Made by a program: the position numbers and the translations under genes. A DNA stretch of 64,000 nt from Verrucomicrobiota bacterium (GTDB lineage: Bacteria; Verrucomicrobiota; Verrucomicrobiia; Opitutales; Cerasicoccaceae): assembly GCA_039818205.1 (NCBI GenBank), contig JBCBUK010000003.1, positions 64,001 to 128,000 on the forward strand, in the 5' to 3' direction. This document shows positions 39,318 to 46,976 of this stretch, in pieces (position 1 is the stretch's first letter; every line of letters begins with the position of its first letter). The notes under the pieces were generated by a model. The model had not been told where the DNA came from. It saw only the letters and a program-made list of their open reading frames with translations, and did not search any database.

Positions 39318-40083
39318 AACGATAGACAAAGTTTGAGAACGGATAGCCACCTTCGGGTTCAGCTAAACCCAGCACCAGGTGGTCAAAGAATGATTTGCTC
39401 GCGGCAAGGTTGCCCTGCAGCTCTTCAATGGGAGTTGGGGTCGTTTGAACGCCATTGGCGTAGTCGACACCAAAACACACGAGCGAGTAGGGGAGCTCCA
39501 ATTCATTGGCGAGAACCGCTTCTGGTCCGCAGGTTTGCGAGATGAAGTCAACGCCGGCCGCTTGAAGCGCTTTGATTTCCGATTTCGTGTTAAACCGTGG
39601 GCCATTTACATGGCCGTATACGCCCTCGGAAGCTGCCTGCATGGATTGCCCTTCGGCCAGGGATTGGATCGCCGCATTGAGCGAATGGTTCACCAGGCTT
39701 TCAGCGAGAAGGTGGCCACGAGCGGGATCACCCGCTTGGTCGAAAATGGTGCAAATCTCGCCGCTCGACAATCGATTGTCGGGAAAATGGATGTCTTTAG
39801 CCACTAGTGGCTGCCCCAGGGGGAGGTTTGGGTCCAGAATCCCAACCACGGAAAGCGAAACGATGGCAGTGGCTCCGGCTTGCTTCAGGGCAACAAGGTT
39901 AGCCTGGTGGTTGATGTGGTTCGGAAGATTTGTATGCTGTGCGCCATGACGGGGAAGCAACAGGGCTTTCCGGTCACCGATCGTGCCCGCCAGGAATTGC
40001 GCCTCACCAAAAGGCGTTTCCACATACTGAACATCCAAACCGGCAAAATCGTAGAAGCCGGATCCCGTAATGAATGCGATCAT
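39310..40083 (-). CDS. MTAP-family purine nucleoside phosphorylase
   Basis: Motifs ITGSG, ETPFG, PRHG..H..P..INHQAN, GPRFNTKSE, T..PEA.LA.EL and VDY. Confidence 0.88.
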   Translation of the reverse strand: MIAFITGSGFYDFAGLDVQYVETPFGEAQFLAGTIGDRKALLLPRHGAQHTNLPNHINHQANLVALKQAGATAIVSLSVVGILDPNLPLGQPLVAKDIHFPDNRLSSGEICTIFDQAGDPARGHLLAESLVNHSLNAAIQSLAEGQSMQAASEGVYGHVNGPRFNTKSEIKALQAAGVDFISQTCGPEAVLANELELPYSLVCFGVDYANGVQTTPTPIEELQGNLAASKSFFDHLVLGLAEPEGGYPFSNFVYRFE

Positions 40084-40086
40084 GGC

Positions 40087-41244
40087 CTAGCAGCAAGATC
40101 CGCCACCACCTTCGCAGCAGCTGGATGCATCATTGGTCGCCTGGTAATCTCGGCCCTTGGTTTCCCGAGGATCGCGTCGCTGATCCGGCGCAGAATCAAA
40201 TGGTTTCGCTACCTGAGGATCAATGATCTGCCGTGGCTCAATAAATTCGAAATTACCGGCATAGGGAGATTGTTGGAGAAGCTGAAAGGTTTTGTCGCAG
40301 ACTGCTTGGCGGACGCCGCGCAGGTAGCAATGGTTGTCATCGTCGTAGACCTCACTAAAAGGCCCCTTGTAGATTACTGCTTGATTGCAGTCCCAGCACT
40401 CACCCTGTTTGCCCTTGAATGCACGCAGGGTCATGGAGCGGAATTCGATCCCCTGCACCGTGCGCCAGGGTTCTTGGTCGAGCTTGAGGATCTCGATCCC
40501 GTAAAAGCCAGCGTCTTCAAATGCCTGGATAAAATCTTCTTCAGTCATGGCTCCCGAAATGCAGCCACTCCACAGATCGGGGTCTTGCTGCATCTCTTCC
40601 GGGACGGGCTCATCGGCAACGATGTCAGAAATCACCGCCCGGCCACCAAGCTTTAGGACTCGGAAAATCTCTTCAAATAGCTGTCGCTTCTCGCGGCCTT
40701 CGACAAGGTTGAGTACGCAATTGGAAACCACGACATCGACCGAATCGTCTTCGATCAGCGGCTGCTTCGTGCGAATGCTTTCCGCTACCTCGTTGAGTGC
40801 CTCGTATTGGGACAAGCTGGTGATGGGGCGCTCCTTGAGCTCTTGATCAAGTGTCTTGAGGTCCAACTTAAGGTCCTGGATGCGGCCCTTGCGAAACTCA
40901 ACGTTTGCGTATCCGAGCTTCTCAGCGATGACTGGAGCATTACGGTTGGCAACCTCGAGCATGTCGTCGGTCATGTCGACGCCGATTACTCGGCCCTCTG
41001 GCCCGACTACTTGAGAGGCAATGAAACAGATCTTTCCGGCGCCGGATCCCAGATCGAGCACGGTTTCTCCAGGCTGCACGTAGCGGGACGGATCGCCGCA
41101 GCCGTAGTCCTTAGCGATCACTTCTTCGGGGATAATCTCCAAATACTTCGGATCATAGTTTACTGGGCAGCAGAGCGCTTGCTCGCGCTCTTTGGCGGCC
41201 TCAGCGTAGCGGTTCATTACAGATGTTTGAGTATTCATTGCCAT
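40087..41244 (-). CDS. arsM: Arsenite S-adenosylmethionine methyltransferase (long AS3MT/ArsM type)
   Basis: Motifs LCCP, YGCG, VLDLGSGAG, SNCVLNL, WSGCISGA and a C-terminal CC...CC tail. The start is ATG 41244 or 41238. Confidence 0.88.
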   Translation of the reverse strand: MAMNTQTSVMNRYAEAAKEREQALCCPVNYDPKYLEIIPEEVIAKDYGCGDPSRYVQPGETVLDLGSGAGKICFIASQVVGPEGRVIGVDMTDDMLEVANRNAPVIAEKLGYANVEFRKGRIQDLKLDLKTLDQELKERPITSLSQYEALNEVAESIRTKQPLIEDDSVDVVVSNCVLNLVEGREKRQLFEEIFRVLKLGGRAVISDIVADEPVPEEMQQDPDLWSGCISGAMTEEDFIQAFEDAGFYGIEILKLDQEPWRTVQGIEFRSMTLRAFKGKQGECWDCNQAVIYKGPFSEVYDDDNHCYLRGVRQAVCDKTFQLLQQSPYAGNFEFIEPRQIIDPQVAKPFDSAPDQRRDPRETKGRDYQATNDASSCCEGGGGSCC

Positions 41245-41251
41245 GTCTAAA

Positions 41252-42238
41252 CTAGTTGAGTGCTCCGCCACACGACGAACCGGCTCCAGCCGTGCAGCCG
41301 AAGCAGTGGGGGCCCGTTGCAATGGGACGCGAGAAGTCTTTTTCGGTGATGTCCCAAACGCGCGGCGGTGAGTCTCCAGCCCAGATCATGCCAAGCTGTT
41401 GATTAAAGTCACAATCGTAAACATATCCCTGCCAATCAATGCTTAATGTATCGCGGCACATGAGGTGGTTTACCGAGCCCGGGTTAAAATTATCCACCAG
41501 GAGCTTCATATAGTCCGCGAGTTGTCCCTGCCGCTTTAGCCAGGAGGCAAATCGGGCAATTGGCATATTGGTGATGGTGTAGAGCTGGTGAAACTCGATC
41601 CCGAAGTGTTTTTTCAATTCCGTTTTGTAGTCGGCTTCGAGTTCGGCCTGATCGGGTGGTAGGGACGCGCCCACGGGATTGTAGACCAGATTCAGGGGCA
41701 GAGCATCATCGATTCCGTAGCCCAAGGAGTTCAAGAGCTGAAGGGCTTTGATGCTGCCGTCGAAGACGCCATCGCCGCGCTGGGCGTTAACATTGTCCGG
41801 AGAATAACAGGGCATTGAAGCGGTGATCTCGACGCGGTTTTGCGCCATAAATTCCGCAAGTCCCTCATAGCCAGGCTCCAACAGGATCGTTAAATTGCAG
41901 CGATCGATAATGCGGCGTTGGGCATCCTGAGCCCTAAGCGTTTCGATCAGGTAGCGGAAATCCGGGATCATCTCGGGGGCACCTCCCGTGAGGTCGACGA
42001 TTGGTAGGGGAAACTTTTCCAGCCATCCCAATAGGCCGTCAACCGTTTCCCGAGTCATAATTTCTTTCCGACTGGGGCCCGCATTCACATGGCAATGGAT
42101 GCAGGTGAGATTGCACAATCGGCCAACGTTAACCTGTAAGGTAGTTGGCTGGGAGCGGACGAGCTCCTGACCCGCGGCTCTCAGCGCCGCAAGGAAATTT
42201 GGCGCCGGTCTTTCGGCTATCTTCGTGTCATTTAGCAT
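41252..42238 (-). CDS. arsS: Arsenosugar biosynthesis radical SAM protein (TIGR04167 type)
   Basis: LQVNVGRLCNLTCIHCHVNAGP (CxxxCxxC), DLTGGAPE, LMCR, YDCDFNQ and the C-terminal HCFGCTAGAGSSCGG. Confidence 0.93.
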   Translation of the reverse strand: MLNDTKIAERPAPNFLAALRAAGQELVRSQPTTLQVNVGRLCNLTCIHCHVNAGPSRKEIMTRETVDGLLGWLEKFPLPIVDLTGGAPEMIPDFRYLIETLRAQDAQRRIIDRCNLTILLEPGYEGLAEFMAQNRVEITASMPCYSPDNVNAQRGDGVFDGSIKALQLLNSLGYGIDDALPLNLVYNPVGASLPPDQAELEADYKTELKKHFGIEFHQLYTITNMPIARFASWLKRQGQLADYMKLLVDNFNPGSVNHLMCRDTLSIDWQGYVYDCDFNQQLGMIWAGDSPPRVWDITEKDFSRPIATGPHCFGCTAGAGSSCGGALN

Positions 42239-42255
42239 GAGTGGGCAATCTCTTT

Positions 42256-42283
42256 AGCATGTGTGCGTCGCGTTGAAGGTCAA
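42256..42283 (-). promoter_or_regulatory. Putative sigma70 promoter of the arsS-arsM operon
   Basis: The minus strand reads TTGACC-N16-CATGCT, ending 17 nt before the arsS ATG. Confidence 0.4.
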
Positions 42284-42351
42284 TTCCTTGCAAAGTATCT
42301 CCGAACCTGATTTACCTGTAATGAAACCAACGGTGTCGCGACCAATTGGGA

Positions 42352-43083
42352 ATGAAACGCTTCTTAGCATTGCTATTCTTTGCCGCATGGACCTCGCTGA
42401 ACGCCGGGACCCATTCGGACTTGTATAACTCCTATGGTGAGTTGCTGTCCAAATACGTTAAACCATCAGGAGTAGATTATCAATCCTGGGTGGTCAATGA
42501 CGAGGATGTGGACGCGCTTTACGATTTGCTCATGGCGATGTCCATTGTCGACGTCGACTCACTGTCTGATGACGAGCAGCAGGCGTTTTACATCAATTTA
42601 TACAATGCGGCAATGATCCAAGCAGTCTTGGAGAATTATCCGCTTAAGACGGTCACGACGATATTGCCGGGTTTTGGGATTTTCGAAAAGAAATACATCC
42701 AGCTGGGCGACCGCGTATTGTCGCTGAACGAAGTTGAAAAATCGATTTTGTTGGAGCGGTGGGACGAGCCTCGGATTCATTTTGCGGTCAATTGCGCCAG
42801 TGCTAGTTGCCCGCCTTTGCGCAACGAGCCCTTTACCGGCGAAAAGCTGGAAACCCAGCTACAAGAGCAGACCGAACAGTTTGCTGAAACCAAGCATGCT
42901 CTTCGACTCGACCGCAAAAACCGCACTGCCTATGTCAGCTCATTGTTTGATTGGTATGCTGACGACTTTCCCGGTGATTCACCGCTACACTACCTGAACC
43001 GCTACCGTCAGAAATCGATTCCAACTCGCTACAAGGTGAAGTTCATCAACTATGACTGGTCGCTCAACGAAGCCAAAAACTAG
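42352..43083 (+). CDS. Exported DUF547 protein
   Basis: Signal peptide and motifs AFYINLYNA, EPRIHFAVNCASASCPPL, FDWYADDF and YDWSLN. Confidence 0.9.
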   Translation: MKRFLALLFFAAWTSLNAGTHSDLYNSYGELLSKYVKPSGVDYQSWVVNDEDVDALYDLLMAMSIVDVDSLSDDEQQAFYINLYNAAMIQAVLENYPLKTVTTILPGFGIFEKKYIQLGDRVLSLNEVEKSILLERWDEPRIHFAVNCASASCPPLRNEPFTGEKLETQLQEQTEQFAETKHALRLDRKNRTAYVSSLFDWYADDFPGDSPLHYLNRYRQKSIPTRYKVKFINYDWSLNEAKN

Positions 43084-43114
43084 TCTCACGAACCCAAACT
43101 TTTTGTAAGGTCTT

Positions 43115-45418
43115 ATGGCTGCTATTTCTCGCTACTATCACTGGCTCCACGGCAAATGGCCGTCGGGTGCCACCGAAAAAATGCCCAAGATCGCTGAAGA
43201 TGGGCAAACCGACATTCCCGGCGTTCGCGTCGTGGGTGACTTGACCGGTGTTCCTTTGCTCAAGTTCTCCGCCGACACCGGGGCAAAGGCCATCGATGGC
43301 ATCCTCGCCGAAAACGATTTCAAGCCAGGAGACGATCCCGAAGTCTTGGACGTCGCGATCATTGGAGCAGGGGTGTCGGGTATCTCTGCCGCGATCCAAG
43401 CCAAGAAGGCAGGCCTGCGCTACGAGGTGTTTGAATCTCAGGAAAGCTTTTCGACGATCCGGAATTTTCCGCGTCGCAAGCCAATTTACACCTATCCGAC
43501 CAACATGGAGCCGGCGGGCGAAATGCGGTTTCGCGCTGATGTGAAGGAAGATTTGCTCGTTGAGCTCGAAGCGCAGCGCGTTGAGCACGGTATTGAAACA
43601 ACCGTTGGAGAGGTCGACCACGTCGAACACGGTGGAAGCGGCCTTAAGGTCGTTTTCAAGGAGAAGTCAGGCCGTGACCCACAGCGGGCGCAGCGCGTCA
43701 TTGTGGCAATTGGCCGGACGGGTAATTTCCGGAAGCTGAATGTCCCCGGCGAGAATTTGGACAAGGTGTCGAATCGCCTGATTGATGCCCGCGAGTTCAA
43801 GGGGCAAAAGGTGCTCGTCGTTGGCGGTGGAGACTCGGCTTTGGAAGCTGCCATCTCTTTGGCGGAAGAAGGTGCCGAGGTAACGCTCAGCTATCGCAGC
43901 GCCGAGTTCAAACGCCCGAAGCCAGACAATATCGATCGTATTCAGCAGATGGCGAAAGACGGGGAGTTGGCCCTGATGATGCGCTCGAACGTTCAGGATA
44001 TTGGTGAGGAATCAGTCACGATCTGCGATGAGAATGATCAGGACGTTACCAAATCCATTGACCAGGTCTTTATTTTGATTGGCCGTGAGCCACCCTTGGA
44101 TTTTTTCCGGAAGTCGAAAGTTTCCATTATCGGAGAGCTGACGACGAAGAGCATCATTGGGTTGGTCGCCTTCCTGGCGGTGATGACTTTTCTCTACCAC
44201 CTGAAGGCCTACAAGCCATTCCTGGGAATTCCGGGAACGAATCTCTGGCAGGTCTTTTCCGCCAACAAATGGTTCCCATTCAATCTGCCGATTGCAGGGG
44301 GTGATAGCAGTTTCCTGCATGTGATCACCAAGAATGCTGCCAGCGATCCAGGCTTCCTCTTCGCCTTCCTGTACACGATGGTGATCGTCATTTTTGGGGC
44401 AAAGCGGATCAAGCGGCGTAAAACACCGTACGTAACCCGACAGACGCTCACCCTGATGGCGTTTCAGGTGATTCCGTTGTTCATTCTTCCTTACGTGGTG
44501 TTGCCTTGGATGGGGGCGAACGGCTGGTTTACCAGCGGCGGAATTGGTGAGTGGTTTGGCATGACTTTCTTGTCGAACGGCCCCGGAACCACGCCGGACC
44601 AGTATTGGCGGGCCTTCGGGTTTATTCTGGCCTGGCCCTTGTTCATTTACAACGTGTTCACCCCGGGTCCGCTTTGGGGGTGGCTCGTGTTGAGCCTGAT
44701 CCAGACTTTCATCATTATCCCGCTGATTGTTCGTCGCTGGGGGAAGGGTGCCTATTGCGGATGGATTTGCTCCTGCGGCGCGATGGCTGAAACCTTGGGC
44801 GACCAGCATCGACACAAGATGCCCCATGGCCCCAAGGTCAATCGCCTGAACATGATCGGGCAGGCTATCTTGGCGATCGCTTTCCTGCTACTGGCGTTGA
44901 GAGTCGTCGGCTGGGTCGTCCCCAACAACGGATTCAACCAGTTTGTTTCGGGGTTAATCGGGGACAACAGTTTCTTCAGCTACAAGGTCATCATCGACCT
45001 GTGGCTCGCCGGTGCGATTGGCTATGGATTGTATTTTCATTATTCCGGTCGGGTCTGGTGCCGCTTTGCGTGTCCTCTGGCCGCATTGATGCACATTTAC
45101 GCCCGTTTCTCGAAATTCCGCATTTTCGCCGACAAGAAGAAGTGCATCTCGTGTAACGCCTGCACGTCGATTTGCCACCAGGGCATCGATATCATGAATT
45201 TCGCGAACAAGGGGCTTCCCCTGGAGGATCCCGAGTGCGTCCGCTGTTCAGCTTGTGTGCAGGTTTGCCCGACCGGCGTGCTGAATTTCGGACGCTTCGA
45301 CAAGAACGACAAAGCAGTCCTCGAACGCCTTTGGGCCTCGCCGGTGCAGATGCGTGAAGCGGAGATCAGTGCGACGCCGATTGACGATTATTTGTCCCAG
45401 GCAACGAAAAAAGTCTGA
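43115..45418 (+). CDS. Fusion of a TrxB/YpdA-like FAD/NAD(P)H oxidoreductase with a NapH/RdxA-like membrane polyferredoxin
   Basis: GAGVSG (FAD) and GGGDSALE (NAD(P)H), several TM helices, CGWICSCG, WCRFACP, and two 4Fe-4S motifs (CISCNACTSICH, CVRCSACVQVCP). Confidence 0.85.
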   Translation: MAAISRYYHWLHGKWPSGATEKMPKIAEDGQTDIPGVRVVGDLTGVPLLKFSADTGAKAIDGILAENDFKPGDDPEVLDVAIIGAGVSGISAAIQAKKAGLRYEVFESQESFSTIRNFPRRKPIYTYPTNMEPAGEMRFRADVKEDLLVELEAQRVEHGIETTVGEVDHVEHGGSGLKVVFKEKSGRDPQRAQRVIVAIGRTGNFRKLNVPGENLDKVSNRLIDAREFKGQKVLVVGGGDSALEAAISLAEEGAEVTLSYRSAEFKRPKPDNIDRIQQMAKDGELALMMRSNVQDIGEESVTICDENDQDVTKSIDQVFILIGREPPLDFFRKSKVSIIGELTTKSIIGLVAFLAVMTFLYHLKAYKPFLGIPGTNLWQVFSANKWFPFNLPIAGGDSSFLHVITKNAASDPGFLFAFLYTMVIVIFGAKRIKRRKTPYVTRQTLTLMAFQVIPLFILPYVVLPWMGANGWFTSGGIGEWFGMTFLSNGPGTTPDQYWRAFGFILAWPLFIYNVFTPGPLWGWLVLSLIQTFIIIPLIVRRWGKGAYCGWICSCGAMAETLGDQHRHKMPHGPKVNRLNMIGQAILAIAFLLLALRVVGWVVPNNGFNQFVSGLIGDNSFFSYKVIIDLWLAGAIGYGLYFHYSGRVWCRFACPLAALMHIYARFSKFRIFADKKKCISCNACTSICHQGIDIMNFANKGLPLEDPECVRCSACVQVCPTGVLNFGRFDKNDKAVLERLWASPVQMREAEISATPIDDYLSQATKKV

Positions 45419-45494
45419 TTACTAACCCAGCATTGCCGGTGCTTTGATCTTGCTAGGATGGTCGGAAGCCATTCTCTGGACGAATCTTTTCTAA

Positions 45495-46976
45495 ATGGTG
45501 CTATTCTCTCACTTAATCTGGTGGACCTACGGACTGATGTGCTTTTTGCTTTTCGCATACGGCATCAACAGCTACGTCCTGATCGCATTGTTCGGGCGCC
45601 GCAAGCGGTTAGCCCTCGAAGATAATAAGCACCGCGCGGAGCAGTTTACTCAGAAGCTGGACAAAGGCGACGCTCAATGGCCACGGGTCTTGACGCAGTT
45701 GCCGGTCTACAACGAGCTGAATGTCGCTGAGCGTGTAATCCGAGCTGCGGTCGCCATGGAATACCCGGAAGGCTTGCATGAGGTCCAGGTCCTGGACGAC
45801 TCGACCGACGAAACTTGCGGAATGATCGATAAGGTCGTTGAGGAGTTGCAGGCCGAAGGCAAAAACGTGCGGGTGGTTCGTCGGGAGGATCGAGTCGGCT
45901 TTAAGGCAGGCGCATTAAATGAGGGGATGCACCAAAGCGATGCGCCACTGATTGCAATCTTTGACAGCGACTTCGTGCCTAATCCCGACTTTTTGTTGCG
46001 CAGCGTGCCGCAGATTGTTGAGCAGCCGGAAGTTGCTTTGGTGCAAGCGCGGTGGGGTCATCTAAACGATGACGAGTCCTGGTTGACCCGTTCGCTATCG
46101 ATTGGTATCGACGGTCACTTTGCCATCGAGCAACCCGCGCGGGCCTGGAACCAGCTCTACTTGAATTTTAATGGAACCGCCGGGGTGTGGCGCCGTGAAG
46201 CGATCGTTGATGCCGGTGGCTGGGAGGCTGATACGCTTACCGAAGACATGGACTTGTCCTACCGGGCTCAAATGAAAGGCTGGCGGATCCACTATTTGTT
46301 CGACGTCGCAGTACCGGCTGAGTTGCCGAATACCTTCGCCGCGTTCAAGAGCCAGCAGTTTCGTTGGGCCAAGGGATCTATCCAAACGGCGATCAAGCAC
46401 CTGCCTCGGGTGATCAAATCGAACGTGGGCACATTTAAGAAGGTGCAATCGATCTTCCACCTGACGCATTATTACATCCATATTTGCATGCTCTCGCTGG
46501 CTTTGCTGGCTTTGCCACTCCTATTTGCGCAGAACGCCGCACCGAGCCCCTGGGTCTGGATCGTGATCTCCTTACCGATTCTCCTGTCGACCGTTGGGCC
46601 GAGCCTGTTATATGTCGTCAGCCAGTTTGCCATCGATCCGCGGGTCGCCTGGCGGAAGCTTCGTTATTTGCCGGGTCTTATCCTGATTGGTTTTGGCATC
46701 TCGCTTTCAAATGCCCGGGCGGTTGTCGAGGCGCTTATTGGCCGCAAGACGGAGTTCGTGCGAACGCCCAAATGCGGTGTTTCCTCGCTGAAAAAATATA
46801 AGCTACCGAAGAACAGCCTACCTTGGTTTGAGATCCTTTTGGGTGCATACTGCCTTTTCACTTTGGTGTTGGCCTTGAAACTGGATCGTCCGGCATTGGG
46901 ACCGTTCATTCTGGTCTACATTATTGGATACTTGACGGTGGGCGGCTGTAGTTTGATGGAAACCCGGCGTCAGTAA
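45495..46976 (+). CDS. Processive-type GT2 (cellulose-synthase-like, CslA/CslC-like)
   Basis: Motifs QLPVYNE, DDSTD, FKAGAL, FDSDF, FNGTAG, TEDMD and QQFRW (D,D,D,QxxRW), with C-terminal TM helices. Confidence 0.9.
   Translation: MVLFSHLIWWTYGLMCFLLFAYGINSYVLIALFGRRKRLALEDNKHRAEQFTQKLDKGDAQWPRVLTQLPVYNELNVAERVIRAAVAMEYPEGLHEVQVLDDSTDETCGMIDKVVEELQAEGKNVRVVRREDRVGFKAGALNEGMHQSDAPLIAIFDSDFVPNPDFLLRSVPQIVEQPEVALVQARWGHLNDDESWLTRSLSIGIDGHFAIEQPARAWNQLYLNFNGTAGVWRREAIVDAGGWEADTLTEDMDLSYRAQMKGWRIHYLFDVAVPAELPNTFAAFKSQQFRWAKGSIQTAIKHLPRVIKSNVGTFKKVQSIFHLTHYYIHICMLSLALLALPLLFAQNAAPSPWVWIVISLPILLSTVGPSLLYVVSQFAIDPRVAWRKLRYLPGLILIGFGISLSNARAVVEALIGRKTEFVRTPKCGVSSLKKYKLPKNSLPWFEILLGAYCLFTLVLALKLDRPALGPFILVYIIGYLTVGGCSLMETRRQ

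Noticed and set aside
39880..41250. Plus-strand ORFs (258 aa and 147 aa) opposite arsM and the phosphorylase gene
   Set aside because: They lie antisense to well-supported genes and carry no motifs.
41252..41300. Selenocysteine recoding at the ArsS C-terminus
   Set aside because: The relevant codon is TGT (Cys) and the gene ends in TAG, with no in-frame TGA.
42228..42260. 10-codon upstream ORF (MLKRLPTHAK) overlapping the arsS start
   Set aside because: Its ATG lies inside the putative -10 element, so it is probably not transcribed. It has no Cys or other sensing feature.
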